Source: Daejeonella sp.
GTDB taxonomy: Bacteria; Bacteroidota; Bacteroidia; Sphingobacteriales; Sphingobacteriaceae
Direction of reading: 5' to 3'
Assembly (NCBI RefSeq): GCF_046590655.1
Contig: NZ_JBKJUM010000042.1
Location: 17,395 to 81,394, forward strand
Length of the DNA: 64,000 bases
A model generated the notes under the pieces. The model ran no database searches, was not told the DNA's origin, and saw only the letters and a program-made list of their open reading frames with translations. The translations under genes were made by a program, and so were the position numbers. Of this stretch, positions 48,320 through 58,596 are shown one piece after another; position 1 is the stretch's first letter; every line of letters begins with the position of its first letter.

Positions 48320-51109
48320 ATGGATAACTTATCATACATCAGTAACGCGAATTCTGCCTACATCGATTCTCTCTACCAATCATATAAACAAGATCCAAAT
48401 TTAGTTGATTTTGGCTGGCAGAAGTTCTTTGAGGGCTTCGACTTTGGCCGCGGTTCTGACGCAGGGGTAGTAAGTGCTGAAACTCCGGATCATTTTTTCA
48501 AGGAAATCAACGTGTTGAATATGATCAATGGCTATCGCCAGCGAGGACATTTATTTACAAAAACAAATCCTGTTCGTGAGCGAAGATCATATTATCCGGG
48601 AAAGGAACTGGAAACCTTTGGCCTGCAGGATTCCGACCTGGAAACGGTATTTAATGCTGGGGTAGAAGTAGGCCTTGGCCCTGCAAAACTGAAGGACATT
48701 ATCGCATTGATTGAGGAAACCTATTGCCAGTCTATAGGTGTAGAATACAAATATCTTCGTAACCCCGAAAAGTTAAAGTGGTTCGAAAAACGAATGGAAA
48801 GTGAGCGTAACACGCCCAATTTCAGCATTGAAACTAAAAAAAGGATTCTTGGGAAGTTAAATGAGGCTGTTGTTTTTGAGAACTTTCTCGGAACTAAATT
48901 TCTCGGTCAGAAGCGCTTTTCGCTTGAGGGTGCTGAGTCCGTAATTCCCGCACTTGATTCTGTAATTGAAAAAGGCGCAGAGTTGGGGATTGAAGAATTT
49001 GTGATCGGTATGGCGCATCGGGGACGGCTTAACGTTCTTGCCAATATCATGTATAAAACATACAAGAATATTTTTTCGGAATTTGAAGGGAAAGGATTCG
49101 ATGTAAACACGCCTTTTGGAGGTGATGTGAAATATCATTTGGGATATTCTACTGATGTCGAAACAGTGGGCGGTAAGAAGGTTCACTTAAGTTTGTGTCC
49201 AAATCCATCGCATCTGGAAGCTGTTGATCCACTCGTAGAAGGGATGGTGAGGTCTAAAATAGACTTCAAATACGGCGGGGATTATAAACGCATTGCTCCG
49301 ATATTGATTCATGGCGATGCATCTCTGGCCGGACAGGGCATAACTTATGAGGTTTTGCAGATGGCAAAACTTGAGGGATACAGAACTGGGGGTAGCATCC
49401 ATCTGGTAATCAATAATCAGGTAGGATTTACTACTAATTATAAAGATGCGCGATCATCAACCTATTGTACTGACCTTGCTAAAACTACGTTATCACCAGT
49501 TTTTCACGTTAATGGAGATGATGTCGAAGCACTGGTCTATGCAATAAATATGGCAGTTGAATATCGTCAGAAGTATCACAATGATGTCTTTATAGATATT
49601 CTTTGTTATCGTCGTTTTGGACACAACGAGGCAGACGAACCTAAATTTACTCAGCCATTATTGTACAAGGCTATTGAAAAACACCCCAATCCAAGGGAGA
49701 TATATAATAAAAAGCTACTTGAACAAGGTAGTGTAGATGCCAGTCTTGCCAAGGAGATGGAGAAAAACTTCAGAGCATTATTACAAGACAGGTTAAATGA
49801 AGCTAAAGAGGATGAGACGTATTCAGCAATGAATTCTGTTCTCGCCGGATCCTGGAAGGGGCTTCGCCTGGTAACTAACTGGGTAGACACTCCATCTGAT
49901 ACAAATGTTCCAGCTAAAAAATTACTGGATATAGCTAGAAATATTAGTACCCTGCCATCAGATAAGAAGTTTTTCAAGAAAATAGAGAAGCTTTTTGATG
50001 ATCGTAAGAAGATGTCGGAAACAAAAGTTTTCGATTGGGCAATGGCTGAATTAATGGCCTATGGATCGTTGCTTAGGGATGGCTTCCGTGTACGGGTTAG
50101 CGGACAGGATGTTGAGCGTGGAACTTTCTCGCACAGGCATGCTGTACTTACACTCGAAAATTCTGAAGAAGAATATGTACCCTTAGCACAATTAGATAGC
50201 GGTGCCGCTAAATTTGAGATTTATAATTCGCATTTGTCCGAATATGGTGTACTTGGCTTTGAATATGGTTACGCTCTTGCTAACCCAATGGCTTTGGTGG
50301 TATGGGAAGCGCAGTTTGGAGATTTCGTGAATGGTGCTCAGATCATTATCGATCAGTTCATTACAAGTGCGGAAACCAAGTGGCAGCGTTCAAACGGTTT
50401 GGTGATGCTGCTTCCACATGGTTTTGAAGGACAAGGTCCTGAACATTCGTCAGGCAGGATAGAGCGCTTTATGGAGGCTTGTGCCGATGATAATATTCAG
50501 GTTGCAAATTGTACTACCCCGGCAAATTTCTTTCACCTTCTACGCCGTCAGCTTAAGCGCGATTTCCGTAAGCCACTGGTAGTTTTTACTCCCAAAAGCT
50601 TATTGCGCAGTCAGCAGTGTGTTAGTAAACTTGAAGAATTCACCGACGGTGGGTTCCGTGAGGTAATTGACGATACTTATGTAAAAGCCGGTGATGTTAA
50701 ACGTGTACTGTATTGCACCGGTAAAATTTATTACGATTTGCTTGAGAAACAGCAGGCTGATAAAAGAAAAGATGTTGCTATCATACGTGTTGAGCAGCTC
50801 TATCCCACTCCGTTTGAACAACTGGATTCTATAAGATTAAGGTATAAGAAAGCTAAAGAGCACGTTTGGGTACAGGAAGAACCAGAAAATATGGGTGTTT
50901 GGCCTTATATTGCAAGGAAATTCCGCAGATCTGCATTTGATTTCGACGTGGTTTGCCGCAAAGAGAGCAGCAGTACGGCTACAGGATATGCAAAGCAGCA
51001 CATTACCCAACAATTATTAGTTGTTGGTCAGGCGTTCGAAACGTCCGCCGGGCCTGAGGTTAAGAAAAAAGTAGAGAATACAACAAAAAAAGTTGTTAAT
51101 ATAGACTAA
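48320..51109 (+). CDS. sucA: 2-oxoglutarate dehydrogenase E1
   Basis: [29 protein letters not shown] and GQGPEHSS motifs. Confidence 0.97.
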   Translation: MDNLSYISNANSAYIDSLYQSYKQDPNLVDFGWQKFFEGFDFGRGSDAGVVSAETPDHFFKEINVLNMINGYRQRGHLFTKTNPVRERRSYYPGKELETFGLQDSDLETVFNAGVEVGLGPAKLKDIIALIEETYCQSIGVEYKYLRNPEKLKWFEKRMESERNTPNFSIETKKRILGKLNEAVVFENFLGTKFLGQKRFSLEGAESVIPALDSVIEKGAELGIEEFVIGMAHRGRLNVLANIMYKTYKNIFSEFEGKGFDVNTPFGGDVKYHLGYSTDVETVGGKKVHLSLCPNPSHLEAVDPLVEGMVRSKIDFKYGGDYKRIAPILIHGDASLAGQGITYEVLQMAKLEGYRTGGSIHLVINNQVGFTTNYKDARSSTYCTDLAKTTLSPVFHVNGDDVEALVYAINMAVEYRQKYHNDVFIDILCYRRFGHNEADEPKFTQPLLYKAIEKHPNPREIYNKKLLEQGSVDASLAKEMEKNFRALLQDRLNEAKEDETYSAMNSVLAGSWKGLRLVTNWVDTPSDTNVPAKKLLDIARNISTLPSDKKFFKKIEKLFDDRKKMSETKVFDWAMAELMAYGSLLRDGFRVRVSGQDVERGTFSHRHAVLTLENSEEEYVPLAQLDSGAAKFEIYNSHLSEYGVLGFEYGYALANPMALVVWEAQFGDFVNGAQIIIDQFITSAETKWQRSNGLVMLLPHGFEGQGPEHSSGRIERFMEACADDNIQVANCTTPANFFHLLRRQLKRDFRKPLVVFTPKSLLRSQQCVSKLEEFTDGGFREVIDDTYVKAGDVKRVLYCTGKIYYDLLEKQQADKRKDVAIIRVEQLYPTPFEQLDSIRLRYKKAKEHVWVQEEPENMGVWPYIARKFRRSAFDFDVVCRKESSSTATGYAKQHITQQLLVVGQAFETSAGPEVKKKVENTTKKVVNID

Positions 51110-51129
51110 TAGAAATAATAGAAACCATT

Positions 51130-52362
51130 ATGAGTTTAGTAATCAAAGTTCCGCCTGTTGGCGAATCTATTTCGGAAGTAACCTTATCCCAATGGATTAA
51201 AAAAGATGGCGATTACGTGGAAATGGATGAGGTTATTGCAGAGCTGGAATCTGACAAAGCCACCTTTGAACTAACAGCTGAGAAAGCTGGAACTTTAAAA
51301 ACTATTGCTAAGGAAGGCGATACTTTAGAAATTGGTGCACCTGTCTGCAGTATTGAAGAGGGGGGAAGTGCTGACAGCAAAGCTGCAGGGCAGGAATCTG
51401 CTCCGGAAAAAGAAGAATTAAAACCAGCTGCGGTTAAATCTGAAGAAAAAGAATCAACCTATGCTTCAGGCAGTCCATCACCAGCTGCTGCTAAAATCCT
51501 TGCTGAAAAAGGGGTTGACACATCCAGTGTAAAAGGAACAGGAGTTGACGGCCGACTGACCAAGGAAGATGCCTTGAATGCAGAAGCTGGAAAAAAACCT
51601 GCAGCTGCAGCCCCCGCTAAAGCTCCGACGGCCCAGCCTGCCAAGGTTTCAGTTCCGGGTTCAAGAGTTGAGCGTCGCGAAAAGATGTCTTCGTTACGGA
51701 AAACAGTGGCTAAACGCCTTGTAGCTGTACGAAACGAAACGGCCATGTTAACTACATTTAACGAGGTTGATATGCAGCCGATAATGGATTTGCGTACTAA
51801 ATACAAAGATAAATTTAAAGAAAAACATGGTGTTGGTCTAGGTTTTATGTCATTCTTTACCAAGGCTGTTTGTGAAGCACTTAAGGATTTCCCTTCTGTG
51901 AATGCGCGCATTGATGGAGAGGAAATAGTTTTCAATGAGTTTGCTGATATTTCAATAGCCGTATCTGCACCGAAAGGTTTAGTTGTTCCGGTAATAAGGA
52001 ATGCTGAGGCAATGTCGCTTGCCCAGATTGAGGCGTCGGTTATTGACTTGGCCACGAAAGCCCGTGATAGTAAGCTAACCCTTGAGGAGATGACAGGCGG
52101 AACATTTACCATTACGAATGGGGGTGTTTTCGGATCTATGATGTCGACTCCAATTATTAACGCACCACAGTCGGCAATTCTTGGAATGCATAATATCGTA
52201 GAGCGCCCTGTAGCTTTAAATGGACAGGTAGTTATTCGCCCGATTATGTATGTTGCTCTTTCATATGATCACAGGATCATTGACGGGCGGGAATCTGTTG
52301 GTTTTCTTGTTCGGGTTAAGCAGCTGTTGGAAGATCCGGCAAGGTTGTTACTCGGAATATAG
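51130..52362 (+). CDS. sucB: Dihydrolipoyllysine succinyltransferase E2
   Basis: Lipoyl ESDKA, E3-binding [12 protein letters not shown], catalytic DHRIIDG. Confidence 0.97.
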   Translation: MSLVIKVPPVGESISEVTLSQWIKKDGDYVEMDEVIAELESDKATFELTAEKAGTLKTIAKEGDTLEIGAPVCSIEEGGSADSKAAGQESAPEKEELKPAAVKSEEKESTYASGSPSPAAAKILAEKGVDTSSVKGTGVDGRLTKEDALNAEAGKKPAAAAPAKAPTAQPAKVSVPGSRVERREKMSSLRKTVAKRLVAVRNETAMLTTFNEVDMQPIMDLRTKYKDKFKEKHGVGLGFMSFFTKAVCEALKDFPSVNARIDGEEIVFNEFADISIAVSAPKGLVVPVIRNAEAMSLAQIEASVIDLATKARDSKLTLEEMTGGTFTITNGGVFGSMMSTPIINAPQSAILGMHNIVERPVALNGQVVIRPIMYVALSYDHRIIDGRESVGFLVRVKQLLEDPARLLLGI

Positions 52363-52477
52363 TTGTACTTTATACGTTAGCTGCACCAATGAAGATAAAG
52401 GTTGTAGGTTATAAGTTTTAAGTTAACTGCACCAATGAAGTTATAAGTTGTAGGTCATAAGTTTTAAGTTAACTGCA
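52362..52477 (+). repeat. 46-bp direct repeat built from GTTATAA/GTTGTAG-type heptamers
   Basis: Units 52381-52426 and 52427-52472 plus partial copies; starts at the sucB stop. Confidence 0.88.
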
Positions 52478-52478
52478 G

Positions 52479-52518
52479 AACATCAAAAGCCCGCTGAATC
52501 CAACGGGCTTTTGATGTT
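52479..52518. terminator. Bidirectional terminator after sucB
   Basis: Perfect 15-bp IR AACATCAAAAGCCCG / CGGGCTTTTGATGTT. Confidence 0.85.
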
Positions 52519-52614
52519 TGTATCTATTTTTATCGGGACCGGATCATATGAAAGCTACAATCCTATGAATTCCATTAAACTTGTGCTCCAGCCCTAATTA
52601 CTTGCTCCTTGCTT

Positions 52615-53352
52615 CTATAATTTGCTAATCCTCCCCGAACCACTTTTGCTCGACTTAACATTTGCACTACCGTTATATCTTATATTTCCGGATCCGCTCA
52701 TTGCCGCATCAAGCGCTCGATCGGCGTTTACAGAAATGTTTCCAGATCCGCTCACTTTCGCACTCGTTACATTTGTACGAAGTCCGTTGCCTTCAAAATC
52801 ACCCGAACCATTTACGTTAATTTTCGCATTTTCTGTATGTCCGCTCGCTTTGATTTCTCCTGAACCACTAATTATGGCAGAGTAGTTTGTCGCTTCAAGC
52901 GCAAGAGAAATATTTCCTGAGCCGCTGAGAGTCGTTGAAAGATTAGTAGATTTTACAACGCCCTTTACATTAATGTCTCCGGATCCGCTGAGCGTTATAT
53001 TTTTCAGTGATTTGGCTGTTACATAAATATTAACCTTGCCGCTCCAATTGCGGTTCCAACTACCGTTATTGTTCTTATTCCTAATCTTTAATGTTCCCTC
53101 CTCAACTACAGTTTCAATTTCCGCAATTTGTTCGGCATCACCTTCGAGTCGCAGATTCTCGGTGCTACCCATTGTAATAATAACATTGTAGCTTCCCGAT
53201 GAAGAAATGCCCGTAAAACCGGATACGACTCGTGTATCGTCAGCTACTACATGCTTGCTTTTCACAACGGTTATTAAAGCGGACGAAGCATCCAGTTGGG
53301 AACCAGCAATTAGAAAGGCCAGAAGCACCAGGTAGTTTTTAAGATATCTCAT
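52615..53352 (-). CDS. DUF2807 (head GIN) beta-helix protein, exported
   Basis: Signal peptide; repeated SGSGxI motifs; VEEGTLKI. Confidence 0.9.
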   Translation of the reverse strand: MRYLKNYLVLLAFLIAGSQLDASSALITVVKSKHVVADDTRVVSGFTGISSSGSYNVIITMGSTENLRLEGDAEQIAEIETVVEEGTLKIRNKNNNGSWNRNWSGKVNIYVTAKSLKNITLSGSGDINVKGVVKSTNLSTTLSGSGNISLALEATNYSAIISGSGEIKASGHTENAKINVNGSGDFEGNGLRTNVTSAKVSGSGNISVNADRALDAAMSGSGNIRYNGSANVKSSKSGSGRISKL

Positions 53353-53388
53353 GATTATTGTTTGGTTAAGTTTCGTACTATATCCATA

Positions 53389-53415
53389 AGACGAGCCTTC
53401 CTGAAAAACGTTGCA
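53389..53415 (-). promoter_or_regulatory. ECF-sigma-type promoter TGCAAC-N16-CGTCT
   Basis: AAC/CGT bipartite motif 36 nt upstream of the DUF2807 ATG. Confidence 0.5.
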
Positions 53416-53484
53416 GAGATTTGTAAATAATTTTTACTTAGGTTATTAGGGCGGAGTTGAATGCTGCAGTCCCTGTAGAAAAGC

Positions 53485-55122
53485 TTAATCCGCCTGTTTC
53501 ACTGTGATAAAGAAATTCTCAATATCAGGTGTAAATGCTGATTTAAGCTTCAGGGTTTTCCAGGCTGTTGTGGGTTGGATCCATTGATTTTTGTTGCCCA
53601 TGAGAATTCTAACCGGCATATTAAAACCGGGTACTTCTGAATTCCAACGATACTTTACAGTTCCGCTGCTCGTTTTGTATTCCAGTTCAGGAATACTGAT
53701 GTACCGAAGATACTGCTCAAAAACTTTGGTGAGATCCTTACCTGATTTTGCATTAATGTAATTCACAACTTCAACGGTCGTAGTGGTCTTTAATCCGAAG
53801 TCTTTATTGAGTCCGCGGAGGATTGAACGCCATTTTACATCATCGTCAACAAGTGTTCGCAGCGTGTGAACCAGATTGGCACCTTTATAATACATATCGC
53901 CGGAGCCTTCTGTATTTACATCGTAAGGGCCGATGATGGGACTATCATTCCTTACCTTCTTTCTAACTCCGGCCAGGTACTTTGCACCGGCTTTTTTTCC
54001 ATCAAGACTTTCAACATACAAACCTTCCGAATACATCGTGAATCCTTCATGAATCCACATGTCTGCAATGTCTTTTGAAGTGATGTTGTTTCCAAACCAT
54101 TCATGGCCGGCTTCGTGGATTATAATATAGTCCCACTTTAGACCGTAACCAGTGCCGGAAAGGTCAGTACCCATATATCCATTAAGATATTTATTGCCAT
54201 AGGCGACAGCACTTTGATGCTCCATTCCAAGGTAGGGCGCATCGATCAGTTTAAATCCATCCCTGTAAAAGGGATATGGGCCAAACCAGTTTTCGAACAC
54301 CTTTAACATCGGCTTTACATTTGCTCCGAATTGTTTCCTGGCCTTGTCCAGATTTTCTCTGAGCACATAGTAATCCAAAGTAAGGTTTCCATTTTCGCCA
54401 TTGTAGATGTCATCGAAATGCACGTAGTCAGCAATATTCAGGGTAACACTGTAATTATTGATTGGGTAGGAAACAAACCAGTCATAACGCGTGAAGCCGT
54501 TATTAAGTTTCTTTGTTGAACGCAAACGACCGTTGCTGATATCCATCAGGCCATCAGGAACAGAAACACTTATCATCATGCTGTCCACTTCGTCCGACTG
54601 ATGGTCTTTTGTCGGCCACCAGGAACTAGCACCCAGGCCCTGACATGATACTCCCACCCAGGGTTTGCCCTGTTTATCCTGGGCAAAGGTAAATCCGCCA
54701 TCCCATGGAGCCCTTTTTGCTACCAATGGGTTGCCGCTGTAATAAACTGTAAACTCGTCCTTGGTACCTCGCCTGATTAAACGAGGGAAATCTATGAAAA
54801 CTGCATTAAACTCTCTTTGGAAGGCCAGTTCCTTTCCCTTATAAATCACTTTATCCACCGCGAGGTTTCCGAAAAGATCGAACTGCAGCCGTTGCAAATC
54901 TTGAGTAGCGGTGAATTTGAAAATATTTGTGCCGATGATAAACTTATTGTCAATATCTATTTTCACATCCAGGTGATAGTAGTTAATGTCATAGCTTCTC
55001 TGCGGTGTAAGCTTCCCGCGGAGTGTGTCTGCTTTTGTAAAAGTCGGGACTTTATTCTGGCCGAATCCTGAAAGGGTACTTAGGGCCAGTAAGAAAACTA
55101 TCAAAGTTGATTTTAGGTTCAT
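53485..55122 (-). CDS. M1-family metallopeptidase, exported
   Basis: GMEHQ, HEAGHEWFGN..WIHEG and MYYKG motifs. Confidence 0.93.
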   Translation of the reverse strand: MNLKSTLIVFLLALSTLSGFGQNKVPTFTKADTLRGKLTPQRSYDINYYHLDVKIDIDNKFIIGTNIFKFTATQDLQRLQFDLFGNLAVDKVIYKGKELAFQREFNAVFIDFPRLIRRGTKDEFTVYYSGNPLVAKRAPWDGGFTFAQDKQGKPWVGVSCQGLGASSWWPTKDHQSDEVDSMMISVSVPDGLMDISNGRLRSTKKLNNGFTRYDWFVSYPINNYSVTLNIADYVHFDDIYNGENGNLTLDYYVLRENLDKARKQFGANVKPMLKVFENWFGPYPFYRDGFKLIDAPYLGMEHQSAVAYGNKYLNGYMGTDLSGTGYGLKWDYIIIHEAGHEWFGNNITSKDIADMWIHEGFTMYSEGLYVESLDGKKAGAKYLAGVRKKVRNDSPIIGPYDVNTEGSGDMYYKGANLVHTLRTLVDDDVKWRSILRGLNKDFGLKTTTTVEVVNYINAKSGKDLTKVFEQYLRYISIPELEYKTSSGTVKYRWNSEVPGFNMPVRILMGNKNQWIQPTTAWKTLKLKSAFTPDIENFFITVKQAD

Positions 55123-55175
55123 TTCAAGATACTATTCTAACTGGTTTGCGGGATTATAAAATTATGAAAAAAAAT

Positions 55176-55339
55176 GGTTGCTTCGTCGTGCCTCCCTGCC
55201 GGCCGGCAGGCGGGCTCGCAAGGACAACCACGCTGGATTCTTAGTCATTGCGAGTGGAGCGCGGCAATTGCTTCGTCGTACCACCTACCAGGACACCGTT
55301 ACCAGGAGCGTGTCATTGCGTGCGGAGCGCGGCAATCTC
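55176..55339. repeat. Cluster of degenerate GTCATTGCGA/TTGCTTCGTCGT palindromic repeat fragments with a nested CCTGCC palindrome
   Basis: TTGCTTCGTCGT at 55178 and 55268; GTCATTGCG...GGAGCGCGGCAAT at 55244 and 55312; CCTGCCGGCCGGCAGG at 55195-55210. Confidence 0.75.
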
Positions 55340-55351
55340 GTCCCTATTTCT

Positions 55352-55359
55352 TAACTTTG
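55352..55359 (+). promoter_or_regulatory. -7 promoter element TAACTTTG for lpdA
   Basis: Exact TAnnTTTG match 25 nt upstream of ATG. Confidence 0.6.
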
Positions 55360-55384
55360 CTCTGTACATAAAAATTATCCTTGC

Positions 55385-56788
55385 ATGCAATTTGACGTTA
55401 TAGTTATTGGAAGTGGACCCGGCGGATATGTTGCCGCAATTCGTTGTGCTCAATTGGGTATGAAAACTGCAGTTGTTGAGAAATATAACACATATGGAGG
55501 TACCTGCCTTAATGTGGGCTGTATCCCATCAAAAGCTCTTTTGGATTCTTCCGAACATTATCATAATGCGTTGCATAACTTCAAGGAGCATGGAATTAAC
55601 CTAAAAGATCTGAAGCCGGATCTTAAACAAATGGTTAAACGTAAAGATGATGTGGTTGCCCAAACTACAGGGGGTATAGCTTTTCTGTTCAAGAAGAATA
55701 AGATCACTGCCTTCCAGGGAATGGGATCAATGATTGATAAAAACACAGTCAAGATTACCAAATCAGACGGAAAATCAGAAAATATTACAGGTGCCAACAT
55801 TATACTGGCGACAGGTTCTAAACCCACTGAGCTGCCGTTTCTTAAAACAGATAAAAAGAGAATCATAACTTCAACAGAAGCGTTGAATTTAACTGAAATA
55901 CCTAAGCACCTCATCGTTATCGGTGGTGGAGTTATCGGACTTGAACTCGGATCTGTTTATGCCAGATTGGGATCAAAAGTAACTGTTGTTGAATTTATGG
56001 ATACCATAATCGCAACTATGGATAAAGGTTTAGGTAAGGAACTACAAAAAGTTCTATCGCGACTTGGAATGGAGTTTCTGTTAAGCCACAAAGTAAGCGG
56101 AGCGACGGTGAAGGGTGGTAAAGTAACCGTTAGTGCTGATAGTACAAAAGGCGAAAAGATTGCTGTTGAGGGTGATTACTGTATTGTTGCAGTTGGTCGT
56201 ACAGCTTATACCGAGAGCCTCGGTCTTGAAAATATCGGTATTAGTCTGGAAGAGCGCGGGAAGAAAATTCCGGTTAATGAGCATCTGGAGACTTCAGTGC
56301 CGGGAATTTATGCCATAGGCGATGTGATCAAAGGCGCTATGCTGGCTCACAAAGCTGAAGATGAAGGGACTTATGTAGCTGAACGTATCGCCGGACAGAA
56401 ACCGCACATCAATTATAACCTGATTCCGGGAGTTGTTTACACCTGGCCGGAAGTGGCAAGTGTTGGCGAGACTGAAGAGCAGCTGAAAGAACGCGGTATT
56501 AAATACAAAGCGGGGTCGTTCCCTTTCAAAGCAAGCGGCCGGGCGCGTGCCAGTATGGATACCGATGGATTTGTTAAAGTACTGGCAGATGTTGGCACTG
56601 ATGAGATACTCGGAGTCCATATGATTGGCCCGCGTGCAGCTGATATGATTGCTGAAGCGGTAGTAGCGATGGAGTTCCGGGCCTCGGCCGAAGACATAGC
56701 GAGGATCTCTCACGCACATCCGACTTATACGGAGTCATTCAGAGAGGCAGCGATGGCGGCGACGGAGAATAGGGCGATTCATATTTAA
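55385..56788 (+). CDS. lpdA: Dihydrolipoyl dehydrogenase
   Basis: GSGPGGY, GGTCLNVGCIPSK, GGGVIGLE and HAHPT motifs. Confidence 0.97.
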   Translation: MQFDVIVIGSGPGGYVAAIRCAQLGMKTAVVEKYNTYGGTCLNVGCIPSKALLDSSEHYHNALHNFKEHGINLKDLKPDLKQMVKRKDDVVAQTTGGIAFLFKKNKITAFQGMGSMIDKNTVKITKSDGKSENITGANIILATGSKPTELPFLKTDKKRIITSTEALNLTEIPKHLIVIGGGVIGLELGSVYARLGSKVTVVEFMDTIIATMDKGLGKELQKVLSRLGMEFLLSHKVSGATVKGGKVTVSADSTKGEKIAVEGDYCIVAVGRTAYTESLGLENIGISLEERGKKIPVNEHLETSVPGIYAIGDVIKGAMLAHKAEDEGTYVAERIAGQKPHINYNLIPGVVYTWPEVASVGETEEQLKERGIKYKAGSFPFKASGRARASMDTDGFVKVLADVGTDEILGVHMIGPRAADMIAEAVVAMEFRASAEDIARISHAHPTYTESFREAAMAATENRAIHI

Positions 56789-56922
56789 GTTATACGTTGT
56801 ACGTTATACGTAATACGTTGCACATCGGTTAAGTTATACGTGATACGTAGCACAGCTGTTCAGTTATACGTTGCACAGCGTCTAGTAACGTATAACGTAT
56901 AACGTACAACGTAAAAACGTAT
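56789..56922. repeat. Inverted heptamer arrays (GTTATAC / GTATAAC)
   Basis: Three left blocks (5, 3 and 2 units) and a right block at 56885-56922. Confidence 0.92.
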
Positions 56923-56929
56923 ATTACCC

Positions 56930-57376
56930 ATGCAAATCATAATAAGCCTAGCCCTAATAATCACAACGCTCATTTTCATGGAGGCATTCTCCTGGGCGAT
57001 TCACAAATACCTCTTCCACGGCCCGCTCTGGTTTATTCATCAGTCACACCATAAGCCCCATACGAGCTGGTTTGAGGCTAATGATGTATTCAGTATACTT
57101 TTTGCGGCAATTTCACTGTATCTAATGTGGGTTGGAAGGGAAAGTCTGGATACAGCGTTTTGGATAGGTGTAGGAATTTCGGTGTATGGACTTATATACT
57201 TCATCTTCCACGACTGGTTTATTCACACTCGTGTGAAGCCATTTAAAACTAACAACCGCTATCTTTTGGGAATAAGAAGGGCCCATAAGATTCATCATAA
57301 ATCAATGGATAAAAATCCTTCTGAGGAGTTTGGATTATTGCTAGCTTCGGGAAAATATTTCAGGAAACGTAAGTAA
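56930..57376 (+). CDS. crtZ: Beta-carotene hydroxylase (fatty acid hydroxylase superfamily)
   Basis: HKYLFHGPLWFIHQSHH, FEAND, HDWFIH and AHKIHH His boxes. Confidence 0.88.
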   Translation: MQIIISLALIITTLIFMEAFSWAIHKYLFHGPLWFIHQSHHKPHTSWFEANDVFSILFAAISLYLMWVGRESLDTAFWIGVGISVYGLIYFIFHDWFIHTRVKPFKTNNRYLLGIRRAHKIHHKSMDKNPSEEFGLLLASGKYFRKRK

Positions 57377-57396
57377 GATCAAGCTGCCGGAATCTC

Positions 57397-58410
57397 ATGA
57401 TTATACAGGAAAATGTCTCTCTAAAGGACTTGAATACTTTCGGTGTAATGGCACGGGCGCGAATGTTCGCCGACATTAAAAGTGAAGAAGACTTAAATGC
57501 TCTCTTTTCCGATGAAGATATTAAACAAGTTCCGAAGCTTGTGCTTGGTGGCGGCAGCAATATGCTTTTCACAAAGGATTATGATGGACTTGTAATTCAC
57601 ATGAATATTCAGGGTATTAGCCACAGATCTGAGGGTAATGACGTCTACCTGAGTGCCGGGGGCGGTGAAATATGGAATAATCTTGTCAATTTTTCGGTCG
57701 AACATGAATTCGCAGGCATGGAAAATATGAGCTTGATACCTGGTTCTGTGGGCGCGTCACCCGTTCAAAATATTGGGGCTTATGGAGTAGAGCTTATGGA
57801 TGTTTTCCATTCCTGCAGGGCTTTCGAAATATCATCCGGCCTCATCCGGACATTCACCAGAGATGAATGTAATTTCAGTTACCGCGATAGCATTTTTAAA
57901 ACGACATTAAAAGATCTTTATATTATCACAAAAGTAACGTTTAAACTTTCAACTGTTTTTTCTCCCAAAGTCACCTATGGGGCCATTCAAGAGGAGCTCG
58001 ATAAACGTAATAAAATTAAACCTACAATTAAGGATATTTCATCCGTCGTTTCACATATCCGCGTCGGCAAATTGCCAGATCCAAAAACGATAGGGAATGC
58101 GGGTAGTTTTTTTAAGAATCCCATAATTCCGGTAGGCAAATTTATACAGTTGCAGTCCAATTTTCCAGACATAGTTCACTACCCCGCTTCTCAAGGCTTT
58201 ATAAAGCTTGCTGCGGGGTGGCTTATTGAACAATGCGGGTGGAAAGGAAAGATTTTAGGGCAAACCGGTACCTGGAAGAACCAGGCACTTGTAATAGTGA
58301 ATGTGGGAAAAGCATCTGGTAATGAGATATATAACTTTTCTGAATTAATTGTTGCGAGTGTCCAAAACCGATTTGATATCACTCTTGAACGGGAAGTGAA
58401 TATTATCTAA
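57397..58410 (+). CDS. murB: UDP-N-acetylenolpyruvoylglucosamine reductase
   Basis: LGGGSN, IPGSVGASPVQNIGAYG, YRDS, GNAGSFFKNP and LEREV motifs. Confidence 0.96.
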   Translation: MIIQENVSLKDLNTFGVMARARMFADIKSEEDLNALFSDEDIKQVPKLVLGGGSNMLFTKDYDGLVIHMNIQGISHRSEGNDVYLSAGGGEIWNNLVNFSVEHEFAGMENMSLIPGSVGASPVQNIGAYGVELMDVFHSCRAFEISSGLIRTFTRDECNFSYRDSIFKTTLKDLYIITKVTFKLSTVFSPKVTYGAIQEELDKRNKIKPTIKDISSVVSHIRVGKLPDPKTIGNAGSFFKNPIIPVGKFIQLQSNFPDIVHYPASQGFIKLAAGWLIEQCGWKGKILGQTGTWKNQALVIVNVGKASGNEIYNFSELIVASVQNRFDITLEREVNII

Positions 58411-58494
58411 AATTCGAACATTTGCCCGGTTGAATTTTGCCAGGCTTCTTTAACTACATCCTATCTCTACTCTTTTTACCCAAATATCCTAAAC

Positions 58495-58509
58495 AGGCAT
58501 ACACTTTGT
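58495..58509 (+). promoter_or_regulatory. Possible sigma-54 promoter (AGGCATACACTTTGT) upstream of the ECF sigma gene
   Basis: GGCA-N6-TTG spacing, 87 nt upstream of ATG. Confidence 0.35.
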
Positions 58510-58596
58510 TGGTTAATATGCGTCTACTTGAAAACACTTAGTTCCTTTGAATTGCGAAGAAATAAGTGATTTGTTTACTCTCTAACCTAAACAAAA

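Noticed and set aside
51459-52112. 217-aa antisense ORF within sucB, and similar shadow ORFs in the RND, fadD, lpdA and adhesin genes
   Set aside because: Antisense-frame artefacts of codon bias in well-supported genes.
52381-52477. 46-bp direct repeats as a CRISPR array
   Set aside because: Units are contiguous with no unique spacers, there are only about 2 copies, and no cas genes are present.
55174-55371. 65-aa ORF (MVASSCLPAGRQAG...)
   Set aside because: It is a translation of palindromic repeat fragments and overlaps the lpdA promoter.
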